Shown here piece after piece: positions 9,960-19,946 of a DNA stretch of 64,000 nucleotides. Made by a program: the position numbers and the translations under genes. The stretch spans positions 1,060,118 to 1,124,117 of the forward strand of contig CAWDCV010000002.1 in assembly GCA_963801015.1 (NCBI GenBank). Reading direction: 5' to 3'. Origin of the DNA: an uncultured Actinomycetota bacterium (GTDB taxonomy: Bacteria > Actinomycetota > Actinomycetes > CAWDCV01). The notes below the pieces were generated by a model. The model was given only the letters and a program-made list of their open reading frames with translations. It had not been told where the DNA came from and ran no database searches. The first letter of the stretch is position 1, and the number at the start of each line of letters is the position of its first letter.

Positions 9960-10339
9960 TGCGGTCCGGTCCCCGAGGAGGCGTGGCTCGCCGATGCCGA
10001 GCCCAGGTCACGGGGACGCCGCAGCGCATCCGGCGCTGGGTCGACACTTCCTCGGCCGCTGAGGGCGATCCGGGATGAGCTTCGTCCGCTGGCCGACCTC
10101 GGCGCAGCGGTGGAAGCGTCCGGTCTCGGCCTGACCTGGTTCCGTCAGGTGAGCATCGACGACACGTGTCGGCGATCTGGTTCAAGCACCGCTCCGAGTT
10201 CGGCCAGCTGAACCACTGAGCGACACGGTCGAGAATCGGTCATCGATGGACCGATGAGTACTGCCGCTCGGCGTCGTTCCATCCTTCGACAGCGTTACAT
10301 CGACTCGCGGCGACCGTCGCGGCTGAAGGAGTGAGAAAG

Positions 10340-10756
10340 ATGGATTGGAAGCTCGAGCTGATCGTCGTGCCGGTGGCGGACGTCGACCGCGCCAAGGCCT
10401 TCTACACCGAGCAGATGGGATTCCGGCTCGACGTCGATCACGCAGCAGGAGACGCGTTCCGTGTCGTGCAGATGACACCGCCCGGCTCAGCCTGCTCGAT
10501 CACGATCGGCATCAACGTCGGTGCTGGCGAGCCGGGGACGACCAAGGGCCTGCACCTCGTCGTCGACGACATCCAGGCAGCGCACAAGCAGCTCGAGGCC
10601 GCCGGGGTAGAGAACAGCGGCGTGCAGCACTTCGAGAATGGCGCCATGCGACCGGGGCCGGATCCTGACGACCAGGACTACGGATCGTTCATCTTCCTCA
10701 GCGACCCGGACGGCAACACCTGGGCCGTCCAGCAGGTGAAACCCCGCGCGTCATGA
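10340..10756 (+). CDS. VOC family protein (glyoxalase/bleomycin-resistance fold)
   Basis: GAAGGAG RBS 8 nt upstream of ATG 10340; protein MDWKLELIVVPVADVDRAKAFYTEQMGFRLDVDH... is typical of the VOC family. Confidence 0.8.
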   Translation: MDWKLELIVVPVADVDRAKAFYTEQMGFRLDVDHAAGDAFRVVQMTPPGSACSITIGINVGAGEPGTTKGLHLVVDDIQAAHKQLEAAGVENSGVQHFENGAMRPGPDPDDQDYGSFIFLSDPDGNTWAVQQVKPRAS

Positions 10757-11721
10757 GCGTGCTGCTGGACGGCGACTCTCAGACTGGCGACTTCGAGACC
10801 AGCACCTCGGCGTACCGCCGCGAGCTGCACGTGCACTGCTACCGCATGCTCGCGTCGTACGACGAGGCCGAGGACGCCGTGCAGGAGACGTACCTGCGCG
10901 CCTGGCGAGGCTGGGAGCGCTTCTCGCGCGAGCACGTCCGCGCCTGGCTCTACCGCATCGCGACCAACGTGTGCGTGGACTTGATCCGCGCCCGCGGGCG
11001 GCAAGTCGCGCGGATGCGGTCGTACGCCGAGATCGGCTGGCTCGCGCCGTACCCCGACCGTCTCCTCGACCAGGTGGCACCGGTCGAGGACGAGCCGGAG
11101 GTGGTCGCCGTATCCAAGGAGACGATCGAGCTCGCATTCCTCGCGGCGCTGCAGGTGCTGCCACCGCGCCAGCGCGCGGCTCTGCTCGCCCGTGAGGTCC
11201 TCGGCCTACCGGCGGAAGACATGGCGTCGATGCTCGAGGTGAGCGTGCCCGCAGCCAACAGCGCACTCCAGCGGGCACGGTCGACGATGCGCAAGCACCT
11301 ACCGTCGCATCGCAGCGACTGGAGCGCGCAGCCGCCGAGCCCGGCCGAGCGGGAGCTGCTCGACGCGTTCATCGACGCCCACGAGCGGTGTGACGCGGCA
11401 GCCGCCGTGGCCATCGCCGCGCAGGACCTGCGCGTCACCATGCCTCCCAACCCGCAGTACTTCGACGGACTCGACAACATCCGCCCGCTGCTGGAGCGCG
11501 CCTTCGGACCCGACCGGGACGGCGACTGGCGCCTCCTGCCGACGCGAGCCAACCGCATGCCTGCCGCGGCCAGTTATCTCCGGCGCCCGGGCGACAGCGA
11601 ATTCCGCGGTTTCAAACTCGACGTCCTGCGCGTCGAAGGAGATCTCGTCGCCGAGATCACGACCTTCGGCTGGTCACATTTCGAGCGGCTGGGTTTACCA
11701 CTCATTCTTACGGAGACATGA
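10753..11721 (+). CDS. RNA polymerase sigma-70 factor, ECF subfamily (ECF41-like with SnoaL-like C-terminal extension)
   Basis: Sigma-2 region (YRRELHVHCYRMLASYDEAEDAVQETYLRAW), sigma-4 region (LPPRQRAALLAREVLGLPAEDMASMLEVS) and a ~120-aa C-terminal extension; the start overlaps the VOC stop (ATGA). Confidence 0.85.
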   Translation: MSVLLDGDSQTGDFETSTSAYRRELHVHCYRMLASYDEAEDAVQETYLRAWRGWERFSREHVRAWLYRIATNVCVDLIRARGRQVARMRSYAEIGWLAPYPDRLLDQVAPVEDEPEVVAVSKETIELAFLAALQVLPPRQRAALLAREVLGLPAEDMASMLEVSVPAANSALQRARSTMRKHLPSHRSDWSAQPPSPAERELLDAFIDAHERCDAAAAVAIAAQDLRVTMPPNPQYFDGLDNIRPLLERAFGPDRDGDWRLLPTRANRMPAAASYLRRPGDSEFRGFKLDVLRVEGDLVAEITTFGWSHFERLGLPLILTET

Positions 11722-11727
11722 CTTGGG

Positions 11728-13052
11728 CTATCCATCCGGTGGCGGAATCGGTAATTCGGGGTCGTGAAACACCGAATTGATTCTCGGTCGACGAGCGGGA
11801 TCGACCCACATCGGTGGGTTGCACCACACCCGCCCGCCTCGGCGTTGCAGTGTCCATTCGCCGAAGCGGTGGTGGTGGTAGTCGCAACCCAGCGCGAGGT
11901 TGTCGATGTTGGTGGGCCCGCCCTTGACCCAGTCGTGCAGGTGCATCACTTCACACCGGGTCGCTGGGACGTCGCAGCCGGGGTAGACGCAGCCCTTGTC
12001 CATGATGGTGAGCACGTGCCGCTGGTGCGCGGACGCGAGCCGGTTGCCTGGCCGACCCACAGCGGTGCGCCGTCGGTGTCGAACACCGCCGGCACCAGCC
12101 TGGCGTTCGCCGCGAGGCGGAGCACGTCGCGGATCGGGAGCAGGCCGCCGTGCGCGGTCGAGACGTGCCCGGTCTTGCGTTCGAGGTCGTCGAGCTTCGC
12201 GGTGATGATCAGGGTGGTGGGCACCCCGGCCTGGGACGGCAGGTCACCGGAGCCGAGCATGAGTTTCGCGGCGTCGCGAACCGCGTCGTGCATCCGCTGC
12301 GACACGGTCCGCATGTCGCGTTCCTGCGCGGTGTGCCGCGGTGCGGCGAGCGGTTCGAGCGCCGCCTGAGCAGCGCGCCGGTCTCCGGGTCGAGGAGACC
12401 CTGCACCGGGTACATGCCGTGCCGATCCTGCCGGCCGATCGTGAAGGCCCGCTGCCGCCGCCGCTCGTCGTCCGTGGAACCGAGGGATCCGTCCGGGTCC
12501 AAGCACATCAGCATCCGCGACGCACGCGTGCTTCAACTGGTCCGGGTCCAGATCGCGCGCGTGCGCGACGAGGTCGTGTTCGGCCTTGTCCCGGGTCGGC
12601 TGATCCACGGTGTTCGGGATGCGGCGCATCGTCTGCCGGATCAGCCGCACCTGCTCGGCGCCGAGATCACCGTCCGCGACCGCAGCAGCGAGCGCCGGCA
12701 GTTTCGGCGGGAGCAGCTCACCCGAAGTCATCGACCGGCCAGGGACCAGATCATCGGCCAGCGCCAGCCGCGACCCCGCCTCCGCCGCGGAACAGTTCAG
12801 CAGCTGCCGCAGGAACGCCGCCGCCGTCCGGCAGCCGTGCTGCTCCGGCAGGCCCCGCGTCTTCACCTCGCTCAGAGCGCCGCCGCGCCGGGCGGGTGCC
12901 TGCCGATCCACCCGGTCCATACGGCGCACCCCGTCGAGCAGCTTCTCGTTGGTCACGACCGTCCAGTCGAACTCGCGTAACCCGCGCGCCCCCTCCTCGA
13001 ACATGCGCAAGTGAATCTCCAACTCACTGCTCAGCTCGAGATCGGCGGCCAT
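11728..13052 (-). pseudogene. DUF222 domain / HNH endonuclease protein (REP13E12-type repeat family), apparent frameshift near 12055-12075
   Basis: The DUF222 N-terminal region lies in frame 11946..13052. The HNH C-terminus (GRPGNRLASAHQRHVLTIMDKGCVYPGCDVPATRCEVMHLHDWVKGGPTNIDNLALGCDYHHH) lies in frame 11728..12060. The shift between the two is +1 at around 12060. Confidence 0.8.
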
Positions 13053-13254
13053 ACGGAAATTCTAGACCTGGCCGCCGACAATTCCGCAGCCGTCCCCAGG
13101 GGAATTACCGGAGGCCGGGTAAAGCAATTCTTGACGATGCTTCTGTGGATAACGCCGAACGCAGAAGTATTTTTGTCAGACCGTTCTGATAGCCGCACGA
13201 CGGCGACGTGACACCTGCCCCGGCGACCTCAAAGCCCATGGCAACCTGGCACGC

Positions 13255-13827
13255 ATGTCCTTGCCCAGCCCGACACTGCTGACCGCTCGCCTGCGGTTGC
13301 GCCCGTTCACCAGTGCAGACGCGGACGCCCTCTTCGCGCTGCACAGCAGCGCCTACGTGCTGCGCTACTGGGATGCGCCGCCCTGGAGCGAACGGTCGCA
13401 GGCCGAGCGCTTTATCGCGGCTTGCAGGCGCATGGCGGAGGAAGGCAGCGGGACACGGCTGGCCATGAACCGTGTTTCTGACAAGGCGTTCATCGGCTGG
13501 TGCGGTCTGATCCGGTGGAATCCTGACTACCGCAGCGCGTCGATGGGCTACTGCCTTGACGATGCGGCGTGGGGTCACGGCTACGCGACGGAGGCCGCGG
13601 GCGCCTTGCTGCAGTGGGCATTTGACACGCTGGACCTGAATCGAGTCCAGGCCGAGACCGATACACGCAACGCGGCTTCTGCCCGCGTCCTGGAGAAGCT
13701 CGGATTCGTGCGCGAAGGGACGTTGCGGGAAGACTGCATCGTGAACGGCGAGGTGTCGGACTCGTGGGTATACGGACTGATCAAGCGTGAGTGGCGGCCG
13801 CCGTCCGGGCCACATCTTGATCGCTAG
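13255..13827 (+). CDS. GNAT family N-acetyltransferase (RimJ/RimL-like)
   Basis: Characteristic layout (LRLRPFTSADADALFALHS...RVQAETDTRNAASARVLEKLGFVREG). Confidence 0.8.
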   Translation: MSLPSPTLLTARLRLRPFTSADADALFALHSSAYVLRYWDAPPWSERSQAERFIAACRRMAEEGSGTRLAMNRVSDKAFIGWCGLIRWNPDYRSASMGYCLDDAAWGHGYATEAAGALLQWAFDTLDLNRVQAETDTRNAASARVLEKLGFVREGTLREDCIVNGEVSDSWVYGLIKREWRPPSGPHLDR

Positions 13828-13920
13828 AGGCTTTCAGCGGAAGCTATAAGCGAGCCCGACCTCTGAACACGAGAGTCTGCCTGTCGACCAAGGTCACTGC
13901 ACCGTCGACTTTGTGCCGAT

Positions 13921-15159
13921 GTGCCCACACCGTCGGCGATGTCGCATGAAGTCATGAGTCTGCGACTGTCAGAGCAGATCGGCGCAACCCCGGTGACTGA
14001 GCGGTCCCTGGCGCCCGATCTGGCCCGCGGCTTCATGCTGCTGTGGATCGCGCTGGCGAACTCGCACTACTTCCTGACCGGTGGCTCGACCGGGAACGGC
14101 GTCCTCGGCGGGTTCCCGAGAGACGGCTCCTCGCTCGATGCCGCGGTCACCTGGCTCATCTCGACCTTCGTCGACGGCCGCGCCTATCCCATGTTCGGGC
14201 TGCTGTTCGGGTACGGCGTCGCCCAGATCGTTCGGCGTCAGGCAGACGCGAGTCCTCGCGCGGTCCAAAAGCTGCTGTGGCGACGAAGCGGCGTTCTCGT
14301 GCTGGTCGGGTTCCTGCACGGCTTGTTGCTCTACGTCGGCGACATCCTGACTGCGTACGGAGTCCTGCTGTTCCTCGCAGCGTGGACGGTGCGCTGGCGG
14401 GATCGCGCGTTGCTCGTGCTTGCCGCGTGCTTCTTCGTACTGACCAGCCTGCCCGGCCGTGGCTCGCTCTCGACGAGTGCGGCCCCGCCCGATCCGGCCA
14501 TGCTTCCGCCGAACTTGGCGGCGATGCTCACCAGCCGGCCCCCCATCCAGCTCTTCATCGCGCTGATCGGGCCGATCGGGTTCGCCTGCCCCTTCCTGGT
14601 CGGATTATGGGCCGGTCGCCGCCAACTGCTCGCAGACCCGGCACAGCACCGGACCCTGCTGCGCCTCACCGCCGTCCTGGGTCTGAGCGCAGCCGTGCTG
14701 GGTGCCCAGCCGGTGTCTCTCATGCTCGCCGGCGTACGTCCCGTGCCGGACCCCGCAACGCTCGACATCATCGGAGCGCTGCACGATGCGACCGGCGTGC
14801 TGGGTGGATTTGGGTACGCAGCGCTCATCGCGCTGATCGCAGCACGCATCGAGGATCGACGCAGCCCGTCCGTCCTCGCTATTGCCGCGACCGGCCAGCG
14901 GTCGATGACCTGCTACGTCATGCAGTCAGTCGTGTGGGCGCTGGCGTTCACTCCGTTCCTGCTCGACCTGTCCGGCACGCTGACGGTCGCCACGACCGCA
15001 TTGCTCGCGACGGCCACCTGGTTGGCCACCGTGGTGGTCGCGGATCGGATGCGTCGGTCGGGACTGCGCGGCCCCTTCGAGACCCTGATTCGTCGGGTCA
15101 CGTACCGCGTCAGGCGGGGATCCGGCATGACGCCTGATCCGCCGCCAATCTCTGGCTGA
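13921..15159 (+). CDS. DUF418 domain-containing membrane protein (YeiB-like)
   Basis: 412-aa polytopic membrane protein with LARGFMLLWIALAN... and a C-terminal DUF418-like region (MTCYVMQSVVWALAF); the start is more likely ATG 13939 or 13954. Confidence 0.7.
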   Translation: MPTPSAMSHEVMSLRLSEQIGATPVTERSLAPDLARGFMLLWIALANSHYFLTGGSTGNGVLGGFPRDGSSLDAAVTWLISTFVDGRAYPMFGLLFGYGVAQIVRRQADASPRAVQKLLWRRSGVLVLVGFLHGLLLYVGDILTAYGVLLFLAAWTVRWRDRALLVLAACFFVLTSLPGRGSLSTSAAPPDPAMLPPNLAAMLTSRPPIQLFIALIGPIGFACPFLVGLWAGRRQLLADPAQHRTLLRLTAVLGLSAAVLGAQPVSLMLAGVRPVPDPATLDIIGALHDATGVLGGFGYAALIALIAARIEDRRSPSVLAIAATGQRSMTCYVMQSVVWALAFTPFLLDLSGTLTVATTALLATATWLATVVVADRMRRSGLRGPFETLIRRVTYRVRRGSGMTPDPPPISG

Positions 15160-15164
15160 GCGCG

Positions 15165-15452
15165 ACGAAGGAAGCCATCGCGCACGGATGGGTCGACAGT
15201 CAACCGAGGAAGCTCGACGACGTGGAGAACCTCGTCGAGCCAGCGGACTTGCCGACGCAGCTGGATGCGGATGCGGATGCGCGTCGCTACTGGGACGCGT
15301 TCCCACGCTCTACCAAGCGCGCGATCCTCGAGTGAACCGGTACGGCGAAGACGGATGCGACGCGCGACAAACGCATCGAGGAGACCGCTCGACTCGCAGC
15401 GAAGGACATCCGGGCCAACCAACCCCGTCAGCCCAAGCGCTCCGCACGGTAG
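15165..15452 (+). pseudogene. C-terminal fragment of YdeI/OmpD-associated family protein (remnant)
   Basis: The frame reads ...EAIAHGWVDSQPRKLDDVENLVEPADLPTQLDADADARRYWDAFPRSTKRAILEWTGTAKTDATRDKRIEETARLAAKDIRANQ*, which matches only the C-terminal ~95 aa of YdeI-family proteins. There is no N-terminal half and no start context; the upstream part overlaps the DUF418 3' end. Confidence 0.35.
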
Positions 15453-15499
15453 GCGAGCGCGCCATTCTGGCCGCGATGTCCATTCGGCGAGTCACGGCA

Positions 15500-16030
<531 letters not shown>

Positions 16031-16082
16031 ACCCACCCACTCCCGAGTGCTCCCACGTATGCACCGCAGCAAACGGGGTATT

Positions 16083-16158
16083 TGGCGCGCCCGAAGGGAT
16101 TCGAACCCCTAACCTTCTGATCCGTAGTCAGATGCTCTGTCCGTTGAGCTACGGGCGC
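16083..16158 (-). tRNA. tRNA-Arg (anticodon ACG)
   Basis: Reverse complement GCGCCCGTAGCTCAACGGACAGAGCATCTGACTACGGATCAGAAGGTTAGGGGTTCGAATCCCTTCGGGCGCGCCA folds as a cloverleaf: 7-bp acceptor, GTTCGAATC T-loop, anticodon loop CTACGGA, encoded CCA. Confidence 0.9.
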
Positions 16159-16218
16159 TGGTCGCGAGAACGCGAGCCGTCGCCCGAGTGTAGCGGCTTC
16201 GTCGGGACCCTTATCCGT

Positions 16219-16272
16219 CGTGGATCTTGAGACCTGACGTCACTGAAACGACAACGAGGCTCAAGATCCACG
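16219..16272. terminator. 13-bp perfect inverted repeat (cgtggatcttgag ... ctcaagatccacg, 28-nt loop); probable terminator of the minus-strand lipoprotein gene, upstream of tRNA-Arg
   Basis: Seen directly in sequence; it starts 17 nt after the lipoprotein stop (16289) on the minus strand. Confidence 0.5.
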
Positions 16273-16288
16273 GGGCGAGGGCCGGCTT

Positions 16289-16449
16289 CTAGAACGGGTC
16301 GAGGTAGGTGCAGGTCGGCCTGTCGGCGACCGGCGGGCGCGGCGCGGCGCTGTCCTGGGCGTACGCCGAGCTATCACACGCGACGAGGGTGAGGGCGCTG
16401 AGACGCCTGCTCCGGCGAACATGGCAACGCGCAGACGAACGGAACGCAT
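16289..16449 (-). CDS. small secreted lipoprotein (about 52 aa), apparent +1 indel in a C/G run near 16394
   Basis: ATG 16449: MRSVRLRVAMFAGAGVS in one frame, then LTLVACDSSAYAQDSAAPRPPVADRPTCTYLDPF* in the neighbouring frame. Joined they form a classic signal peptide plus lipobox (LVAC). Either frame alone is non-protein-like. Confidence 0.45.
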
Positions 16450-16602
16450 GATGGTGCTCCAACCGGGAGGTTCGAGAGATTCGGAGCAGATGTCCCCGAG
16501 GTACGGCGCCGCGCCGGGGTCGCAGCGCCGTACCCGCGACCACCTCCACGCACAACACGGCCCGCCGGTTCGCGCGGCAGCGGAATCGGGTACACAGACC
16601 GG

Positions 16603-17448
16603 ATGGACACCTCTCGGTCCGCGCGGATGCGGTACCGGATCTGGGAAGTGGCCATCGGCGAGACCTGCATGGCACTCGCGGTCCTGCTCACGGCGTTCGT
16701 CATCGCGAAGGTGTCGCCAATCGACGCGCTGGACGTGCGCTGGGCGACGTGGCTCGCCGACCATCGCAGCGAGCTGATCGAGGACGCCTCGGTGTGGCTC
16801 GGCCTGCTCGGTGGTGGCGGCGTGATGTGGCCGGTGATCGGCGTGATCGTCGTCGGCCTGGCCTACACCCGTCGATCGGAATCACTCGTCGTCTTCGGGC
16901 TGACCGTCTCGACGGCGCAGCTGTTCATCGGACCGCTCAAAGCGATCGTGGCGCGCGCGCGGCCAGACGACGCGCTGATGGTGACCAGCGGGCTGTCGTT
17001 CCCGTCCGGCCACACCGTGACCGCCGCCGCCTTCTCCTTCGGACTCGTCGTGGCGATGACGCCACTCACGCGGACCCGCGTGGTCTGGTACGCCCTCGCG
17101 CTCGTCTGGACGGTGTGCATGGGCCTGAGCCGTACCGTCGTCGGCGCGCACTGGCTGTCCGACACGATCGGCGGCGCGCTGTACGGCATCGGCTTGGCGT
17201 GCCTGTGGTCCGGTGTCGTCGGCCTGATCGTGCTGCGCCGGTACCCCTCCGTGCAGCCGCCGGCGACGCGACTGCCCGCGCTGGACCAGCCGGAGGCTCC
17301 CGAAACGTCGCTGGAGGATGTGCTCGCTCACGGCAGCTCCGCCGACGGGTCGGGGCGCTCACTCCCCGAACGGTTGGGGGGCGCGTCCACGAGTGCGGAG
17401 GCTCCGGGATTTGAACCCGGGAGGGGCGATAAACCCCAACCGCATTAG
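16603..17448 (+). CDS. PAP2 superfamily phosphatase (phosphatidic acid phosphatase type 2 / undecaprenyl-PP phosphatase-like)
   Basis: Membrane protein with the PAP2 motifs KxxxxxxRP (KAIVARARP), PSGH and SRxxxxxHxxxD (SRTVVGAHWLSD). Its 3' 50 nt overlap antisense with tRNA-Ser. Confidence 0.8.
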   Translation: MDTSRSARMRYRIWEVAIGETCMALAVLLTAFVIAKVSPIDALDVRWATWLADHRSELIEDASVWLGLLGGGGVMWPVIGVIVVGLAYTRRSESLVVFGLTVSTAQLFIGPLKAIVARARPDDALMVTSGLSFPSGHTVTAAAFSFGLVVAMTPLTRTRVVWYALALVWTVCMGLSRTVVGAHWLSDTIGGALYGIGLACLWSGVVGLIVLRRYPSVQPPATRLPALDQPEAPETSLEDVLAHGSSADGSGRSLPERLGGASTSAEAPGFEPGRGDKPQPH

Positions 17449-17485
17449 CAGTGCGGCGCCATAGACCGGACTAGGCGAAGCCTCC
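17396..17485 (-). tRNA. tRNA-Ser (anticodon GCT)
   Basis: Reverse complement GGAGGCTTCGCCTAGTCCGGTCTATGGCGCCGCACTGCTAATGCGGTTGGGGTTTATCGCCCCTCCCGGGTTCAAATCCCGGAGCCTCCG: 7-bp acceptor, anticodon loop CTGCTAA, long variable arm typical of Ser, GGTTCAAATCC T-loop; CCA not encoded. Confidence 0.85.
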
Positions 17486-17554
17486 TGGCGGCCATCGGCC
17501 GCGTCGAGTCAGAGTACCGGTTCATGCAGGACGCATCGACGGAAGGAGTCAGTA

Positions 17555-18178
17555 GTGGGGGTGACCGCCCGGCCGGTGACGGCGGCACGGTGGGACGACT
17601 TCGCCGCGTTCGCAGGGCCGAGTGGGCTCTACTCGGGGTGCTGGTGCACGTACTTCCGCAGAAAGGGCGCGGAGTTCGACGCCGGCTGCCGCAACAAAGG
17701 TGTGGGCAATCGCGAGTTCCTGGCGCGGCTGACCGAGGAGGGCCGGGTGCCCGGCCTGCTGGCGTACGGCGATGAGGGCGACCCCATCGGTTGGGTGTCG
17801 GTAGGTCCGCGCTCGGACTTCGGTCGCGTCCTGCGCTCCCCGATCCTCAAGCCGGCTGCCGAGGAATCGGCCGAGCCGAACGTCTGGTCGGTGGTCTGCT
17901 TCTACATCGCCCGGTCCGCTCGGCGCTCGGGTGTCGCGACGGCACTGCTCGATGCCGCGATGATGCACGCGATCCACCACGGCGCGCACGTGATCGAGGG
18001 CTACCCGGTTGACACAGGTGGCCGGCGACGCCCCTCAGCCGAGCTCTACACCGGCACCCTCGACCTGTTCACTCGAGCCGGCTTCACCGAGGCGTTCCGC
18101 AGATCTCCCCATCGGCCGGTGGTCCGTTTCGAGGTCACGTCCGCAGAAAGTCGCGCAAAGCAGCGTCGCCGTCCTTGA
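17555..18178 (+). CDS. GNAT family N-acetyltransferase
   Basis: GGAAGGAG RBS then GTG 17555; protein with acetyl-CoA binding region (VVCFYIARSARRSGVATALLDAAMMHA). Confidence 0.7.
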   Translation: MGVTARPVTAARWDDFAAFAGPSGLYSGCWCTYFRRKGAEFDAGCRNKGVGNREFLARLTEEGRVPGLLAYGDEGDPIGWVSVGPRSDFGRVLRSPILKPAAEESAEPNVWSVVCFYIARSARRSGVATALLDAAMMHAIHHGAHVIEGYPVDTGGRRRPSAELYTGTLDLFTRAGFTEAFRRSPHRPVVRFEVTSAESRAKQRRRP

Positions 18179-19671
18179 ATGTCTTCGTGAGCCCGTCCCC
18201 CGACAACGACGTCGACACGCGTGCGCGCCGGCCTCGTCGGCGCCGCCGGGGTCGCACGGTGGGCGAAGCGCTGCTGCTGACTGCGGCGGGAGTGTTGCTG
18301 CCCGGTGCGCCGCACCGCGCGGCGGGTCGGCGGCGGCTCGGACTGCTCATCAACATCAGTGTTGCCGTCGTCGTCGTTGTCGCGATCCTGTGGGTCGTCA
18401 CCCGCTCCAGGCAGGATTTCCTCCAGCTCGCCGTCGACCCGGACGCGCTCGCCATCTTGCTGGTCGTCGCCGGGCTGCTGGCATTCGTGTGGCCAGCGTC
18501 TGTGGTCGCCGGGTGGCTCGCGGTACGCCCACGGCAGCTCTCCGGGGCGTCGCGACTAGCGGCGTATGCGACCGTGGCCGTGCTGTGCCTCGCGATCGCC
18601 GCCCCGCTCGCGGTTGCCACGCGGTACGCCTACGTCCAGCGCGATCTCGTCCTCACCGTGTTCGACGACGACGCGGGCGCGCTGGCCAGCGGAGACAAGG
18701 TCCAGCCGGAGGAAGTCGACCCGTGGGCGGGCACGCCGCGGGTCAATGTCCTGCTGCTCGGCGGCGACGCCGGCCCCGATCGTCGCGGGTTGCGCACCGA
18801 CACCGTGATCCTCGCCAGCATCGACACCGCCACTGGCAACGCGGTGCTGTTCAGCTTGCCGCGCAACCTCGAGCGGGCGCCGTTCCCACCGGGAAGCGAG
18901 CTGGCCCAGAAATACCCGCGCGGTTTCCCGGACTTCCTCAACGCGATCTACCCGACCGTCAGCGATAGCCCGAACCTGCTGGCCGGCGTCCCGGACAAGG
19001 GGATCCGCGCGGTCAAGGACGCAGTCGGCGAGATCCTGGGGCTGCCGGTCGACTACTACATGATGGTCGACCTCGAAGGCTTCCGCGAGGTCGTCGACGC
19101 GCTCGGCGGGATCACCGTGAACGTCAAGGAGCGAGTGTCGTACGGCGCGATCAAGGCCAGCGGCGCCATCGGTCGGTCGCAGGGATTCATCGAACCGGGG
19201 CTACAGCAGATGGACGGCGAGACGGCACTGCTGTACGCCCGGTCGCGCGACTTCGCCACCGACTACGACCGCATGGCCCGCCAGCGCTGCGTGGTGAACG
19301 CCATCGTCGACACGGCTGATCCGGTCACCGTGTTCCGCAGCTACCCGCAGATCGCCGGGACGCTGCGCGAGCACCTCCAGACCGACATCCCGGCGGCGCT
19401 GCTTCCCGCGTTCGTCGACCTCGGCGACCGGATCAAGGCTGGTACGCAGACGAGCGTGGCGTTCGTGCCCCCGCTGATCACGTCGGCCAATCCGGACTTC
19501 GCGCTGATCCGGCAGACCGTCACGCAGGCACTTATTCCGGTACCGCCGGAGGTTCCGGCTGCCGAGGAGAGCACGCCCACCCCGGCGATCCCGAGCGAAC
19601 CGGCCGAGACCGTCACACCGACGCCGGAAGCGATAACGGGGCAGCCGGCGAACCTCGATACCGTCTGCTAG
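18175..19671 (+). CDS. LCP family protein (LytR-CpsA-Psr cell-wall glycopolymer transferase)
   Basis: N-terminal TM anchor, LCP catalytic domain (VNVLLLGGDAG...RTDTVILASID, LPRNL, GGITVNVKERV) and a Pro/Thr-rich C-terminal tail; ATGA overlap with the upstream GNAT gene. Confidence 0.85.
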   Translation: MNVFVSPSPDNDVDTRARRPRRRRRGRTVGEALLLTAAGVLLPGAPHRAAGRRRLGLLINISVAVVVVVAILWVVTRSRQDFLQLAVDPDALAILLVVAGLLAFVWPASVVAGWLAVRPRQLSGASRLAAYATVAVLCLAIAAPLAVATRYAYVQRDLVLTVFDDDAGALASGDKVQPEEVDPWAGTPRVNVLLLGGDAGPDRRGLRTDTVILASIDTATGNAVLFSLPRNLERAPFPPGSELAQKYPRGFPDFLNAIYPTVSDSPNLLAGVPDKGIRAVKDAVGEILGLPVDYYMMVDLEGFREVVDALGGITVNVKERVSYGAIKASGAIGRSQGFIEPGLQQMDGETALLYARSRDFATDYDRMARQRCVVNAIVDTADPVTVFRSYPQIAGTLREHLQTDIPAALLPAFVDLGDRIKAGTQTSVAFVPPLITSANPDFALIRQTVTQALIPVPPEVPAAEESTPTPAIPSEPAETVTPTPEAITGQPANLDTVC

Positions 19672-19946
19672 GAGCCCACCCGAACGGGCCCGCGCCGACG
19701 TCTGTTCGGGGGACCGATGTCTGGTCGTGAGGCCGCTGCATTCCGCGGCCCCATCGGTTACGAATGTGGGACGGTGCCGGAGTCGGTGAGGGGTTGCGCA
19801 GGCGTGTGCTTTGATGGCAAGGCGCATGCTCCGGTCCGTCGGCGTGGCCGCGCCACTCCGATGACGCCGCCTCCCCTCCCGGGCGACGCCGGTGCACTCC
19901 GGGGAACCACACCGGAGCTACGTGCTGTACGCAGGGAGGATGCTCG

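Noticed and set aside
8235-10211. 658-aa plus-strand ORF
   Set aside because: Entirely antisense to the GH36 alpha-galactosidase gene; Arg/Val/Ala-rich with no domain-like sequence; a typical shadow ORF in high-GC DNA.
9960-10339. 380-nt intergenic region upstream of the GH36 gene searched for a regulator or riboswitch
   Set aside because: Only short shadow ORFs (for example 9871..10185 minus) with non-protein-like composition; no conserved RNA motif recognised.
14043-15137. 364-aa alternative-frame ORF inside the DUF418 gene
   Set aside because: Arg/Pro-rich out-of-frame shadow of the membrane protein gene.
15263-15280. gatgcg hexamer repeated three times
   Set aside because: A trivial short microsatellite inside the YdeI-fragment region; no evident function.
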